Notes under the pieces: generated by a model
Database searches by the model: none
The model's input: only the letters and a program-made list of their open reading frames with translations
What the model was told of the DNA's origin: nothing
Translations under genes and position numbers: made by a program
Shown: in pieces, positions 29,001 through 38,325 of the stretch
Layout of the letters: each line of letters starts with the position of its first letter
Numbering within the stretch: the first letter of the stretch is position 1
Source: Bacteroidales bacterium
GTDB taxonomy: Bacteria > Bacteroidota > Bacteroidia > Bacteroidales > UBA1715
Length of the DNA: 64,000 nucleotides
NCBI GenBank assembly: GCA_045615765.1
Contig: JAZLFM010000013.1
Location: 29,043-93,042 of the forward strand
Direction of reading: 5' to 3'

Positions 29001-29506
29001 CAAAATCGGAAGATGATGGAGTTGTTTCAATTGCATGGCATTCATATAAAGCAGATATGTATGAGGTGGGAGATTTGCGTGATTCTGTTACAAATGAAAA
29101 AACATATTTGACTTCAGGCTATTATGGATTATATATTCCATGTCGTGAATCTAATTATTATACTGCGGTAGCTACTACAACACATGGTTGTAAACAACGG
29201 GCTAAAGTGTATGTAGAAGTTCATTTGGTGGATGTAATTCCTTCGGGCTTTTCGCCAAATGGTGATGGTATAAATGATACATGGATTATACCAAAACTTG
29301 TGAATTGTCCGAATGCAGTGGTTACTGTATTTAATCGTTGGGGAGTGAAAGTGTTCGAAAATAAAATGAACTATTTCGACCATCCATGGAATGGAACTTC
29401 AATTAATGGAAATCCATTGCCTATGGGAACATATTATTATGTGATAGAATATAATGATGCGGCACAAACTCCAACATCAACGGGTTCGGTGTCGATATTG
29501 AGATAG
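23072..29506 (+). CDS. Giant SprB-repeat cell-surface protein (2144 aa) with a T9SS type B (gliding-motility-associated) C-terminal domain
   Basis: Signal peptide MNFILHKLYTLCFILCLALGAQAQ. About 20 SprB-type repeats are present, following the pattern C.G..DG.I...V.GG..PYTYSW (for example CFGYSDGKIALEVTGG..YTYYWNS, CNGSKGSLRVDVIGGSGTYTYAWSNG, CKGDNSGQIVLTSVEGGQKPYSYSWNNG). The type B tail is at the C-terminus. Confidence 0.9.
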   Translation: MNFILHKLYTLCFILCLALGAQAQSLYSIVPKDPTCPDPSNGSITFTVENNESSSETYSFVIISVFESNKTILNKTVTVDSHQSFTFVADNLDYQYVDLISGEVKTEIQYIAYISNGTKTLTIEPNINFKKPEYSANTSMLRGSGCEDQAIGKASVEFNLGVPPYQWDWHKIGDASYPLHLNSEQVTDLDAGKYFVTVTDFAGCKINSDTVEIKPIDIEVSAAVVKNIICKDEKQGVASASIVNAYKDKCTITWIGSKKKVIACDADGNASDVNETLPAGDVYVAVEDEIGCRDTTKVVITQPETKIELSETHTDLLCKDIPTGTISCSTVNAVGTVTYTWSDDATAHDANRNSLAADVPYTVIATDENGCADTTEVTLSQPSTKVEITNPPTGTEPSCFGYSDGKIALEVTGGDLGVYTYYWNSVLGTDVAENVAAGHYVIVAQDANGCSDTVEYDLTEPPSMEPKMYIDGIEGATKILQCNGTKADLEIQTNDLYSPKTYNWGDGVWSSVTTKKDASPGNYEITIKASNGCEEKVSAALIEPEKLNVVITEETPILCNGSKGSLRVDVIGGSGTYTYAWSNGSTKQTSGDVIEGEYTVVITDSYGCSTTASHTLTQPESLNMRIKLSPETCKKASLGDLSAEIDGGTGSYTYQWQKKASGKGSWTTIGSSVTISSLDAGSMYKLILSDENGCSAKDSVDLSLIEDYNIYSYLKSSVSCPVTIDNLATEKSTNDGELWFRIISGFSPFDVTVTSESKNVKFENINDGVDTGKYWNSSASYNGTLPVSEIAQVSVDSVPVGIYIVNVVDYRGCERADTIEMEHNTPMTINLLDKTFASCTLADGSAQISVSGGKAYSKKGKKYYLYEWEDGETTALATNLALGNHIVKVSDARGCIARDTITIDSKSALRVKALADDAVIHCENGKTGKASANVYYENGDTHSYSFSWSNGNYNASTGIVTDLPKGTHVVTVTDDEGCVQKDSVTFTEGEFLQIASSTKKDVLCKGDNSGQIVLTSVEGGQKPYSYSWNNGASSAIVSDLSAGTYSVTVTDASGCEDNATVIIDEPTSQLEVSLTATTDEICPGNGDGTASVSVVGGTGAYTILWDDVPSINTMVDNLLFGSHTVAAIDENGCATAPLSFVINKKADMLRVASSIVTAPKCGELVGAISVTPAGSATGSYEYTWKENGVTMAQTTSSISGLRVGSYRLTISDGVCLYDTTFVLAPEDGDDAVGTITYLESTCEGDSYSIAISNASTAEYTSYEWRNQSGTVVSTTANASGLTTGTYSVSAVDKTGCTFIGSYPITQKELSVEAQAQNAICNGSNDGVLTAVPNENFLGTITYTWYDESNQIIGTGKTISDVVLGTYFVQAYDANHMACPVKSTSVKISEPDALVAVATVVSPSYCKLKNSEVAVEVVNGIAPFTYSWRTLSDGVVQQKETVSGRKNSFLTAWSDETFVVDITDNSGCITSAQVQPTDISDFSVYGFQKEPVHCIGDATAELQVISVNGYEPFTYSWSHNAGLNSAIATSLSAGTYSVSVTDSKGCKTSYTFDAVKDAESLKIEFTETPEIICNGSVGNIFARVVDGANGPYSYQWFTSTNEPLSSTQELVDVKAGEYKVQATDKYGCTSDIVSHTIKEPESLFSKFTVKITECGENANTGSISIDTIYGGLTDSDYRFRWTIDGVEGEWMDWNANIPQTLSDLPAGTFVCTITNATDYESCFISDTMTTNPVMPMSIITNTKDTHCSYYKSEDTNLLDGSIEITSLKESQGDYTNLVDANLSDYTFAWNDKEKQTGTLASHLGMDSYTVTVTGNNGCSKTFDAGTIGSLVSLNGKIVTTDNSIENRTLICLEDSISLSAVTDITIASGYVPTDETKTFDWNSLEYNKLATIRNPYSATTVVNPNTEYYSDSTLISMSYTYDGCTSKPVYFSIAHYDSVAFALEVYDSLGVYLGEDSLSVPKDLHYLINPKDEPWFITKSEDDGVVSIAWHSYKADMYEVGDLRDSVTNEKTYLTSGYYGLYIPCRESNYYTAVATTTHGCKQRAKVYVEVHLVDVIPSGFSPNGDGINDTWIIPKLVNCPNAVVTVFNRWGVKVFENKMNYFDHPWNGTSINGNPLPMGTYYYVIEYNDAAQTPTSTGSVSILR
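29237..29503 (+). other. T9SS type B sorting domain (CHU_C / gliding-motility-associated C-terminal domain)
   Basis: IPSGFSPNGDGINDTWIIPKLVNCPNAVVTVFNRWGVKVFENKMNYFDHPWNGTSINGNPLPMGTYYYVIEYND matches the canonical F(S/T)PNGDG.ND...I......V.I.NRWG..V........WdG...G...P.GtYfY pattern. Confidence 0.9.
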
Positions 29507-30409
29507 ATGAAGAGAATAGGATTATACATAGTATTTATTTGTATGATGTTGCAAGGGGTTGCACAGCAAACGCCTTTGTACTCTCTTTATATGTTTAATG
29601 AATTTGCATATAATCCTGCTCTTGCTGGTAAAAAGGATTATTATGAGGCTCAGGTAAATAATAGATATCAATTTGTTGGTATTGAAAATGCTCCTGTTAC
29701 TGCTACGATAACATTAAATGGTGCTTTAAAATCTCATCCAATGGGATGGGGAGGTATGATTTATAATGATAGTCAAGGGGCTTTCACGAAATTTGGTGTA
29801 TATGGAGCATACGCATATCATTTGAAATTAGGTCGTTATTCAAAACTATCTATGGGATTGAATGTTGGTCTTATGAAATATTCAATAGATATAACGAAAA
29901 TTAAATTCTTGGAAGAAGAACAAAACTTGAATGAATCAATGTACAAGTCAATTCGTCCTGATGCGACATTTGGTTTGTATTACGATGCGCGTCATTATTT
30001 TATAGGTGCTTCGTTAGATCAATTGTTTAATAATCAGATAGATGTCTCGGCTGATACAATAGCGATTGACAATACTTTAAATCGTTTTAAAAGTCACTTA
30101 AACCTTATGGCTGGTTGTAATTATTCGCTTGCTAAAAATGTTGATTTTCGTGCTTCTGCGGTTGCTCGTAAAGTGTACGCCGCTCCTTGGCAGTTTGAGG
30201 TGAGCGCCCGAGTGATGTATTATAATACAATTTGGGCAGGAGCTTCGTTCCGTACGCAAGATGCGGTTGCTCTATTTGTTGGCTATACTTATAGAAAAAT
30301 GATATCGTTTGGATATTCGTATGATATCACTTATTCAAAGTTGAAAGCAGGTTCTCGTGGTGCACACGAAATATTTTTATCTGTTGCTTTCGATAATAAA
30401 TCAAAATAG
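29507..30409 (+). CDS. PorP/SprF-family T9SS outer-membrane protein
   Basis: The ATG immediately follows the SprB-like stop codon. The N-terminus (QQTPLYSLYMFNEFAYNPALAG) is the family signature. About 300 aa with beta-barrel-like alternating sequence. Confidence 0.9.
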   Translation: MKRIGLYIVFICMMLQGVAQQTPLYSLYMFNEFAYNPALAGKKDYYEAQVNNRYQFVGIENAPVTATITLNGALKSHPMGWGGMIYNDSQGAFTKFGVYGAYAYHLKLGRYSKLSMGLNVGLMKYSIDITKIKFLEEEQNLNESMYKSIRPDATFGLYYDARHYFIGASLDQLFNNQIDVSADTIAIDNTLNRFKSHLNLMAGCNYSLAKNVDFRASAVARKVYAAPWQFEVSARVMYYNTIWAGASFRTQDAVALFVGYTYRKMISFGYSYDITYSKLKAGSRGAHEIFLSVAFDNKSK

Positions 30410-30414
30410 TGAAA

Positions 30415-30798
30415 ATGAAAAAAATCGCCTTGTTTGCTTTTTGCATAATTCTTATGTTTTCTTGTTCAGGAAAGAAAAAGAAATTGGATGCAAATGGATT
30501 ACTTACACAAGAAGAATTGGTTTCTGTTTTAATAGATATTCATTTGTATGATGCAACAGTTTCTACTTTGCTTTCACATGAAAGTCGTGGACAGATTCAG
30601 TTGCCGCAATCTTATTATGATTCTTTGATATTGCAAAGCCACGAATGTGACGATAGTATATTTCGTGCAAGTGTTGAGTATTACACAATGGAAGGAAAGA
30701 TTAAGTCTGTATATGATGCGGTGATAGACTCATTGAATACGTTACGTATTCTTACCGAACAGGCCGAACGTGCAGAGAAAAACAATGCAAAAGAATGA
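30415..30798 (+). CDS. DUF4296-type small lipoprotein
   Basis: The track ORF starts at GTG 30409. ATG 30415 gives MKKIALFAFCIILMFSCSG (lipoprotein signal). LLTQEELVSVLIDIHLYDA is typical of DUF4296. Confidence 0.65.
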   Translation: MKKIALFAFCIILMFSCSGKKKKLDANGLLTQEELVSVLIDIHLYDATVSTLLSHESRGQIQLPQSYYDSLILQSHECDDSIFRASVEYYTMEGKIKSVYDAVIDSLNTLRILTEQAERAEKNNAKE

Positions 30799-31130
30799 GA
30801 CGTTTGTCGGCACATTATGTTTTGCTAAATTCTCAATTAATTCAATTTGGAACTATTGTTCTTGGTGAACAGGATAGGTTTTTATCTATAGAATCTCCTC
30901 AAAAGCCATATAAAGAACAGCCTGGTGTAGAGTTCTACAATGGACTTTTAGCTATTGTTGATAGAAATTATAATTTAGAGGAGGTAAAGCTTGAACCTCA
31001 AAGTTCTATTGCAACTATTTTTTGTGGAAAAGCTATAAAAGTTGGTCACGAAGTCCAGGTATTGCAGGTGTCTCCAATAAATATGGAAGATTTTTCGGCA
31101 TTGCCTGAAACTTCAGTAAAAAAACTTTAA
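30795..31130 (+). CDS. Hypothetical protein (111 aa)
   Basis: The ATGA start/stop overlap with the upstream gene suggests real translational coupling. From memory, the N-terminal ~55 aa (SAHYVLLNSQLIQFGTIVL...VEFYNGLLAI) resemble the N-terminal beta-sandwich of Bacteroidetes amidohydrolase/dihydroorotase-like proteins. The metal-binding HxH core is absent, so it may be a remnant. Confidence 0.45.
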   Translation: MRRLSAHYVLLNSQLIQFGTIVLGEQDRFLSIESPQKPYKEQPGVEFYNGLLAIVDRNYNLEEVKLEPQSSIATIFCGKAIKVGHEVQVLQVSPINMEDFSALPETSVKKL

Positions 31131-31702
31131 TCTTCTATAAATAATTGTTTTAGAATACGATACGCATCTGCCTTTTTTGTGAGAGCTAGTGGATAAGCTC
31201 TCGAAGATGATGGCATACGGAAAAACTGATATGTTTTTCCTCCAATTTCTACTAGTTCAAATTTACCAACTGCCGGCTTATTACAACCATATTTTCCTGA
31301 TAAAACATCTGTTGCTTTCTCACCTGTTGTAACAATCGCTTTGCATTGTGGTATTTGCGAAAGAAGTTCTTCTAAATTAGTTTCTTCAACAACTTCAAGA
31401 AATTTGTCAGAGGCATTGTCTTGTAAGCGTCGAACTGCAGAAGCGGTATCGTATATGGCGAATCCTTTTTCGTTGCAGAAATCCACAACTTTTTGATAAT
31501 CAAACTTTTTCTTGCCGTTTACAATGAAATAATTCGCATCATTGTACCAAATCAGTCCCCAGATTCTCCACATATCGTTGAGAAAATTAGGATAGAAGAA
31601 AGGCATAGACCAACGCTTGGTTTGCGGTGGAAAACTTCCAAGGAATAGTACTTTCGCGTTTATTGGAAGAAATGGTTCAAGAGGGTGTTTTTCTATTTCC
31701 AT
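31127..31702 (-). CDS. Uracil-DNA glycosylase superfamily protein
   Basis: The track ORF uses TTG 31711. ATG at 31702 (MEIEKHP) lies 1 nt after the tex stop codon. The motif KVLFLGSFPPQ followed by FYPNFLNDMWRIWG resembles the GSFP-type motif A of UDG-superfamily enzymes. Confidence 0.65.
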   Translation of the reverse strand: MEIEKHPLEPFLPINAKVLFLGSFPPQTKRWSMPFFYPNFLNDMWRIWGLIWYNDANYFIVNGKKKFDYQKVVDFCNEKGFAIYDTASAVRRLQDNASDKFLEVVEETNLEELLSQIPQCKAIVTTGEKATDVLSGKYGCNKPAVGKFELVEIGGKTYQFFRMPSSSRAYPLALTKKADAYRILKQLFIED

Positions 31703-31703
31703 A

Positions 31704-33836
31704 TTAGCCAATTAATGATAATCCAATACGTTTACGTTGTATGTCAACGTCTATTACGGTTACTTCAACTTGTTGCTGCAATTTTAATATTTCAGCAGGA
31801 TTGCTTACGTAGTGGTCTGCCATATTGGAGATGTGTATTAGACCATTCTCATGTACGCCAATATCGACAAACGCTCCGAAATTGGTGATATTGGTTACTA
31901 TTCCTGGATATGTATGGCCGATTTTCACGTCGTTGATTGTTTGTAACGTAGAATCAAAGGCAAATTCTTTGATCGTAGTGCGACAGTCGCGTCCAGGTTT
32001 TTCTAATTCATTTGCAATGTCTTTAAGAGTTGGTAAACCAACAGTTTCGGTGACATATCGGGAAAGAACAATGTTTTTCTGCTGTGTTGTGTTAGTAATC
32101 AAATCCGATATGCTGCAATTGAGGTCTTTGGCCATTTTTTCTACAATTGCATAACTTTCAGGGTGTACGGCAGTATTGTCTAAAGGATTCTTTGCACCGG
32201 GAATTCTAAGGAAACCTGCACATTGTTCGTATGCTTTTGCACCAAGACGAGGCACTTTTGTAAGTTCCTTTCTCGATGTAAAAGCACCGTGTTCCGATCG
32301 ATAGTCTATAATGTTTTGTGCTAATTGTGGACCAAGTCCTGAAATGTAGGTGAGTAGATGTTTGCTGGCAGTGTTAAGATTTACCCCAACCATATTTACA
32401 CTGTTTATGACAGTTTGATCCAATGCTTTTTTCAACTTTGTTTGGTCAACATCGTGCTGATATTGTCCTACACCAATAGACTTTGCATCAATTTTAACTA
32501 ATTCAGCAAGTGGGTCCATTAATCTTCTTCCAATGGAAACCGCTCCACGAACCGTAACATCTTTGTCGGGAAATTCTTCACGGGCAATTGCCGATGCAGA
32601 ATAAATGGAGGCGCCATTCTCGCTTACTACGAATATTTGTACATGTTGTGGAATAGTACAATTGCGGACAAATAACTCGGTTTCCCTGCTTGCAGTTCCG
32701 TTTCCTATAGAAATAGCTTCGATGGAGAATTGCTCTATTAAATATTCAATAGATTTTTTTGCTTCAAATTGTTTTGAAACAGGAGGATGTGGAAAGATAG
32801 TCTCATTATGAAGTAGTTTTCCTTGTGCATCAAGGCACACGACTTTACAGCCAGTACGAAATCCTGGATCGATAGCAAGCACACGTTTTTCTCCTAATGG
32901 TGCGGCAAGTAGAAGTTGTCTAAGATTTTCTGTAAAAACTTGTATGGCTTCATCGTCGGCTTTTTCTTTACTTGCCGCTGCAAATTCATTTTCTATAGAA
33001 GGTTTTATCAGTCGTTTGTATGAATCGCTAACAGCAAGCTCTACTTGTTGAGAGGATTCTGTATTTCCTCGTACAAAAAGCGGTTTAATGCTATCGATAG
33101 CTTTATCATCCTCAGGTGCGATGGAAACGCGTAAAAATCCTTCGTTTTCACCGCGTCTCATAGCAAGAAGTCTATGTGACGAACAGCGTTTTAGTAGATC
33201 TTTTGTGTCGAAGTAATCTTTGTATTTTTCAGCTTCGGTTTCTTTGCCTTTTATTACTTTTGATTGAATAACAGCTTCGTATGTAAACACGCGCCGAATA
33301 CGATTTCTGGCAGCTTCGTTTTCGTTAACCCATTCAGCAATAATGTCTCGTGCGCCTTGTAAGGCAGCTTTTGTGTCGGAAACATTGTTTCGTACAAAGG
33401 CAAGCGCTCGTTCTTCTACATTGCGCTCGTTTTGTTTCATAAGAATTTTTGCGAGCGGTTCCAAACCATTTTCCCGAGCAATGTCTGCTTTGGTTCGTTT
33501 GTGTGGTTTGTAGGGCAAATAGATATCTTCAAGTTCCGTAAGGGTAGTACAATCGTGAATTCTTTTTTGTAGTTCAGGTGTGAGTTTCCCTTGTTCTTTT
33601 ATGCTTTGTAAAATTGTCTCTTTTCTTTTGGCAAATTCATTCAATTTTTCGAACAGGGTTTGGATTTCTTGAATTTGCACCTCATTTAAGGCGCCAGTCA
33701 TTTCTTTTCTGTATCGACTGATGAAAGGGATAGTAGCGCCTTCAGACAAAAGTTTTAGCGTGTTTTCTACTTGCTTTTCTTGTATAGAAAGATTATTTGC
33801 TATGATGGAAGAGAATTGCATACAACGAAAATTCAT
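31704..33836 (-). CDS. tex: Tex-like transcription accessory protein (YqgF/HhH/S1 domains)
   Basis: 710 aa. The N-terminus has TIPFISRYRKE. The central YqgF/RuvC-like region reads VLAIDPGFRTGCKV. Helix-hairpin-helix region. C-terminal S1 domain GIVTNITNFGAFVDIGVHENGLIHIS. The start may be the internal ATG at 33821. Confidence 0.9.
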   Translation of the reverse strand: MNFRCMQFSSIIANNLSIQEKQVENTLKLLSEGATIPFISRYRKEMTGALNEVQIQEIQTLFEKLNEFAKRKETILQSIKEQGKLTPELQKRIHDCTTLTELEDIYLPYKPHKRTKADIARENGLEPLAKILMKQNERNVEERALAFVRNNVSDTKAALQGARDIIAEWVNENEAARNRIRRVFTYEAVIQSKVIKGKETEAEKYKDYFDTKDLLKRCSSHRLLAMRRGENEGFLRVSIAPEDDKAIDSIKPLFVRGNTESSQQVELAVSDSYKRLIKPSIENEFAAASKEKADDEAIQVFTENLRQLLLAAPLGEKRVLAIDPGFRTGCKVVCLDAQGKLLHNETIFPHPPVSKQFEAKKSIEYLIEQFSIEAISIGNGTASRETELFVRNCTIPQHVQIFVVSENGASIYSASAIAREEFPDKDVTVRGAVSIGRRLMDPLAELVKIDAKSIGVGQYQHDVDQTKLKKALDQTVINSVNMVGVNLNTASKHLLTYISGLGPQLAQNIIDYRSEHGAFTSRKELTKVPRLGAKAYEQCAGFLRIPGAKNPLDNTAVHPESYAIVEKMAKDLNCSISDLITNTTQQKNIVLSRYVTETVGLPTLKDIANELEKPGRDCRTTIKEFAFDSTLQTINDVKIGHTYPGIVTNITNFGAFVDIGVHENGLIHISNMADHYVSNPAEILKLQQQVEVTVIDVDIQRKRIGLSLIG

Positions 33837-33908
33837 AAAATTGTGGTAAAAGTAGTTTTTTATTGAAGACTTTTTAATTGTAGCATAAAAGAAATCCGTT
33901 CAGAAATG

Positions 33909-33916
33909 TAATTTTG
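33909..33916 (+). promoter_or_regulatory. Bacteroidetes -7 promoter element TAATTTTG
   Basis: Exact TAnnTTTG match 12 nt upstream of the thiL ATG (very short leader). Confidence 0.4.
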
Positions 33917-33927
33917 CAAAAAACAAA

Positions 33928-34968
33928 ATGATGGAAAAACAAAGAACTCTTGAAGAAGTTGGTGAATTTGGTTTGATAGACATTCTAACAAAGCCGTTTT
34001 CAACATCGGAAACTACAATAAAAGGCGTTGGTGACGATTGTGCTGTATTACCATACAGTGAATCTGAATACGCATTGGTAACTACAGATTTATTGATGGA
34101 AGGTATTCATTTTGATTTAGTGTATTCTCCATTAAAACATATTGGCTATAAAGCTGTTATGGTTAATGCATCGGATGTGTATGCGATGAATGGTACTCCT
34201 AAGAAAATGACTGTTTCCATAGCGGTTTCCGCAAAATTTTCTGTTGACGCTTTGGAACAACTTTACGAAGGTATGCGTATAGCGTGCGAACGTATTGGAG
34301 TTGAATTAATAGGTGGTGATACATCAGCCTCAATGACGGGATTGGCTATCAGCATAACGATGTTGGGAACAGTTTCAAAAGATAAAATTGTGTATCGTTC
34401 GGGAGCAAAACCAACAGATTTGATTTGTGTCTCTGGAGATTTGGGTGCCGCTTATGCAGGTTTGCAGGTTTTGCAGCGTGAAAAGGCGGTATTTAACGGA
34501 GGTAAAGGCGCACAACCAAAGTTAGAAGGATATGAATATCCATTACAAAGAATCTTAAAACCAGAGGCTCGTTATGATATATTGGCTGAACTTTCGAAAC
34601 AAAATATTAAGCCAACCAGTATGATAGATATTTCTGACGGTTTGACTTCGGAATTGTTCCATATTTGTAAACAATCTCAAGTTGGTTGTAAGATTTATGA
34701 GGAAAGACTTCCGATTAATGTACAAACTGTTGAAGTCTGCAAGGAATTTTCTATGGAACCACTTATTCCTGCACTACACGGTGGTGAAGATTATGAATTG
34801 TTGTTTACCGTGCCGCTTAGTCAATATGAAGCTATTAAGAAGGTGAAAGATGTTTCTGTAATTGGAAATATTGTAGAAGCAAGTCAGGAAATGGGTATGA
34901 TTTCACGCTCTGGTGACTTTGTACATTTGAAAGCTCAAGGTTGGAATGCAACCTATGTAAAAAAATAA
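33928..34968 (+). CDS. thiL: Thiamine-monophosphate kinase
   Basis: 346 aa. GEFGLIDILT...GVGDDCAVL N-terminus and GGDTSAS and GGEDYELLF motifs of the AIR-synthase-related ThiL family. Confidence 0.85.
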   Translation: MMEKQRTLEEVGEFGLIDILTKPFSTSETTIKGVGDDCAVLPYSESEYALVTTDLLMEGIHFDLVYSPLKHIGYKAVMVNASDVYAMNGTPKKMTVSIAVSAKFSVDALEQLYEGMRIACERIGVELIGGDTSASMTGLAISITMLGTVSKDKIVYRSGAKPTDLICVSGDLGAAYAGLQVLQREKAVFNGGKGAQPKLEGYEYPLQRILKPEARYDILAELSKQNIKPTSMIDISDGLTSELFHICKQSQVGCKIYEERLPINVQTVEVCKEFSMEPLIPALHGGEDYELLFTVPLSQYEAIKKVKDVSVIGNIVEASQEMGMISRSGDFVHLKAQGWNATYVKK

Positions 34969-34999
34969 ATTTTGTCTATCGTGATACGGTAGATTTAAC

Positions 35000-35007
35000 T
35001 ACTTTTG
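35000..35007 (+). promoter_or_regulatory. Bacteroidetes -7 promoter element TACTTTTG
   Basis: Exact TAnnTTTG match 20 nt upstream of ATG 35027. Confidence 0.45.
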
Positions 35008-35026
35008 TCGAAAATTCAATTGAATA

Positions 35027-38000
35027 ATGGAGAAAACATACAGACTATGGAATAATCTCTTAGGTTTTCTATGCTTTATTGGTGCGTCTATTGTGTATTT
35101 GTTGACAATAGAGCCAACAGTGAGCCTTTGGGATTGTGGTGAATTTATAGCAACAGCAGGAAAATTAGAAGTTGGTCACCCTCCTGGGGCACCATTATTT
35201 TTGTTGTTAGGTAGATTTTTTGCATTATTTGCATCTGCTCCTGAACAAATTGCAGCTTGCGTAAACTCTATGACAGCATTGGCAAGTGGTGCAACGATTA
35301 TGTTTTTGTTCTGGACAATCACGCATCTTGCAAAGAAATTCTTTATAACAGAAGAACTTACTGCGGTAAAGATCGTTCTTATTCTTGCTGCTGGTTTAAT
35401 TGGGGCAGGTTCTTATACTTTCACTGATACATTCTGGTTCTCTGCCGTTGAAGGTGAAGTATATGGAATGTCATCTTTATTGACGGCAGTTGTGTTCTGG
35501 GCAATCTTAAAGTGGGAAGATCATTTTGACGAACAAGGCAGCGACCGTTGGGTAATTTTCATTGCCTACATTATGGGATTGTCTATAGGTGTTCACTTGT
35601 TGAACTTGTTGACAATCACAGCAATTGTATTTGTTTACTACTTCAAAAAATACGAACCAACTTGGAAGGGTATTATCTTCACTTGTTTGCTTTCGTTCAT
35701 CTTCATCGCATTTATGATGTGGGGAATTATAGCAGGTTCTGTTGATGTTGCGTCTTCATTTGAATTGTTCTGCGTGAATGTGCTTGGTATGCCATTCCAA
35801 TCTGGTTTGATTGCTTGGTTGGTTGTTGTTGTTCTTGCATTTATTGCAGGTGTTATAGTAACAAAATCAAGTACGATAAATAAATGGGTGAAAGTTGCAG
35901 TTGTAACGCTAATTGCGGTGCTTCTTGGTATTCCAACATTAACAGATAGTCCATTAGTGTGGATAGTGATTTTTGCAGGTATTGTTTATGGTCTATACTA
36001 TGTAAATGAGAAAAACAAATATGTTTTGAATACATTGGTGAATGTATTGATGATGGTTATGATAGGTTATTCATCGTACGCGATGATTATCATTCGTTCA
36101 AATGCAGAAACACCAATGAACGAAAATGCACCAAAAGATGCATTCTCACTTCTTTCTTATTTGAATCGTGAACAATATGGTAGTACGCCTATCCTTTATG
36201 GACCATATTACAATGCTTCTCCAGTTTGGAAAGATAATGGTTCTGCCGAGGTTAAGGAGAAATTCACATACACTCCTCGTGATGGCAAATATGTGAAGGT
36301 TAGCAATGGTCTTGAATATGTTTGGAATCCAGATATGTGTACGTTATTCCCTCGTATGTATAGCCGTGAATCTCATCATGTACGCGGGTATAAAGATTGG
36401 GCTGGAATAAAAGATGGCGTGAATACTCGTAAAGTTCGATATGAACGTGAAGGTAGAACATACGAGGTTCCAACATTCGGCCAAAATCTACGTTATTTCT
36501 TCTCGTATCAAGTCGGTCACATGTATATGCGCTATTTTATGTGGAATTTCTGTGGCCGTCAAAATGATGTGCAAGGACATGGAGGTATAGAAAATGGTAA
36601 CTGGATTACGGGTATAGGATTTATAGATTCAATGCTTGTTGGTGATCAATCTCAGATTTCAGAAAAAGCGAAAAATACGCCTTCAAGAAATGTATATTAT
36701 ATGTTACCATTCTTGCTAGGTTTGTTAGGTTTGATTTATCAAATGACAAAACGTAAATATGACTCATTGGTAGTTATATTGTTATTCTTGATGACAGGTC
36801 TTGCTATCATTGTTTATTTGAATCAAAAACCATACGAACCACGTGAACGTGACTATGCATATGCAGGTTCGTTCTATGCATATTGCATTTGGATAGGAAT
36901 GAGCGTCTTGGCAATTTTCGACTTCGTAAAAGAATTATTAAAGAAAAGTGGTAAATCAGCAACTGTTGTTGGAGTATTAATAGCATTATTATTGACTATT
37001 CCAGCTCCTGTGTTATTGGCAACTCAAAACTGGGATGACCACGATCGTTCAAATCGTTATACGGCTCACGATTTTGCTTATAACTATTTGCAGAGTTGTG
37101 ATCCGAATGCAATGATTGTAACTGCAGGCGATAACGATACATTCCCATTGTGGTATATTCAGGAAATCGAAGGTGTTCGTACTGATGTGCGTGTACTTTG
37201 TACTCCATTGTTGGCAACAGATTGGTATGCACAACAAATGAAACATCGTGCATACGAGTCCGCTCCACTACCAATGAAGCTGACAGAAAAACAAGTGGGT
37301 AAAGGTATCCGTGATATAGTGACTGTTCGTGAATATGCCTCTACAAAGGATAAGGTTGTACCATTATCACAAGCGATGAGTGTTGTGCGTGATGATAATT
37401 TCCTTGCAGAAAGTTATGGTGACAAATACAATGTATTCCCTGCGAAGAAAGTTTCTATCCCTGTGGATAAGGCACTTGCTCTCAAGAACAATGCTGTTTC
37501 CTCAAAAGATTCTGCTTCAATTGTTCCAGAGATAGTATTGTCAATTAAGGATAATTCGATTTATAAGAATAAATTGGTTATTTATGATTGCCTTGATGGT
37601 TATCAATGGGATAGACCATTGTATTTTACTAGTCAGTCTTCTGCGGCAGATTTGGGTATGGAATCATATCTTCGTTATGACGGATTTGCTTTCAAGTTCA
37701 TACCAGTTAAGAATGCAGACGCACGTGTTCCAAAGATTGATACAGATGTGTTGTACGATAAATTGATGAATGTTTACAAATGGGGTGGATTAGGAGAAAA
37801 AGGTGTTTACATTGATCATTTCCATGAAAGAACAACGCGTGTAATCGGTATTCGTCAGATGTTCAATTCACTTGCATACGAATTGATAGGAGAACATAAA
37901 ACTGACTCTGCAAAACAAGTCTTGAACAAACTTTGTGCAATTATGCCTGATTGGCAAATTCCATATTTTGATGAATCTATTATCGGTACGGCAAATGCCT

Positions 38001-38302
38001 TCTACATCTTGAACGATTTTGAAGCAGGAAATCGCGAACTTCGTTATCTTGCGATGAACTTGATGGATGAAATAGAATGGTATAATTCTTTGCAAAGTCA
38101 ACCAACATTTGCAAAACAGGTAGAAGCTGATCGTACGGATTATACTAGAACAGTATTACAGATTTATCAAAACGCTTTGTACTATAATCAGAAAGATTTT
38201 TGTGCAGAACTAGAGGCTCGTTGGGCAGAAATAGATAGCTTTTCGTTGGCGTCATATTTAAAGGCTGTCAACTCTCGTAATACAATAGATGTAGAAGAAT
38301 AA
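35027..38302 (+). CDS. DUF2723-type large polytopic membrane protein (putative glycosyltransferase-like)
   Basis: 1091 aa. The N-terminus ([32 protein letters not shown]) is the DUF2723 hallmark as I recall it. Many hydrophobic segments are followed by a large soluble C-terminal region. Confidence 0.7.
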   Translation: MEKTYRLWNNLLGFLCFIGASIVYLLTIEPTVSLWDCGEFIATAGKLEVGHPPGAPLFLLLGRFFALFASAPEQIAACVNSMTALASGATIMFLFWTITHLAKKFFITEELTAVKIVLILAAGLIGAGSYTFTDTFWFSAVEGEVYGMSSLLTAVVFWAILKWEDHFDEQGSDRWVIFIAYIMGLSIGVHLLNLLTITAIVFVYYFKKYEPTWKGIIFTCLLSFIFIAFMMWGIIAGSVDVASSFELFCVNVLGMPFQSGLIAWLVVVVLAFIAGVIVTKSSTINKWVKVAVVTLIAVLLGIPTLTDSPLVWIVIFAGIVYGLYYVNEKNKYVLNTLVNVLMMVMIGYSSYAMIIIRSNAETPMNENAPKDAFSLLSYLNREQYGSTPILYGPYYNASPVWKDNGSAEVKEKFTYTPRDGKYVKVSNGLEYVWNPDMCTLFPRMYSRESHHVRGYKDWAGIKDGVNTRKVRYEREGRTYEVPTFGQNLRYFFSYQVGHMYMRYFMWNFCGRQNDVQGHGGIENGNWITGIGFIDSMLVGDQSQISEKAKNTPSRNVYYMLPFLLGLLGLIYQMTKRKYDSLVVILLFLMTGLAIIVYLNQKPYEPRERDYAYAGSFYAYCIWIGMSVLAIFDFVKELLKKSGKSATVVGVLIALLLTIPAPVLLATQNWDDHDRSNRYTAHDFAYNYLQSCDPNAMIVTAGDNDTFPLWYIQEIEGVRTDVRVLCTPLLATDWYAQQMKHRAYESAPLPMKLTEKQVGKGIRDIVTVREYASTKDKVVPLSQAMSVVRDDNFLAESYGDKYNVFPAKKVSIPVDKALALKNNAVSSKDSASIVPEIVLSIKDNSIYKNKLVIYDCLDGYQWDRPLYFTSQSSAADLGMESYLRYDGFAFKFIPVKNADARVPKIDTDVLYDKLMNVYKWGGLGEKGVYIDHFHERTTRVIGIRQMFNSLAYELIGEHKTDSAKQVLNKLCAIMPDWQIPYFDESIIGTANAFYILNDFEAGNRELRYLAMNLMDEIEWYNSLQSQPTFAKQVEADRTDYTRTVLQIYQNALYYNQKDFCAELEARWAEIDSFSLASYLKAVNSRNTIDVEE

Positions 38303-38325
38303 ACAAACGGAAAAAATACATAATT

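Noticed and set aside
33837-33927. TPP riboswitch upstream of thiL
   Set aside because: No CUGAGA / ACCUGAUCUGGAUAAUGCCAGCG-type conserved core is present. The leader after the -7 box is only a few nucleotides long.
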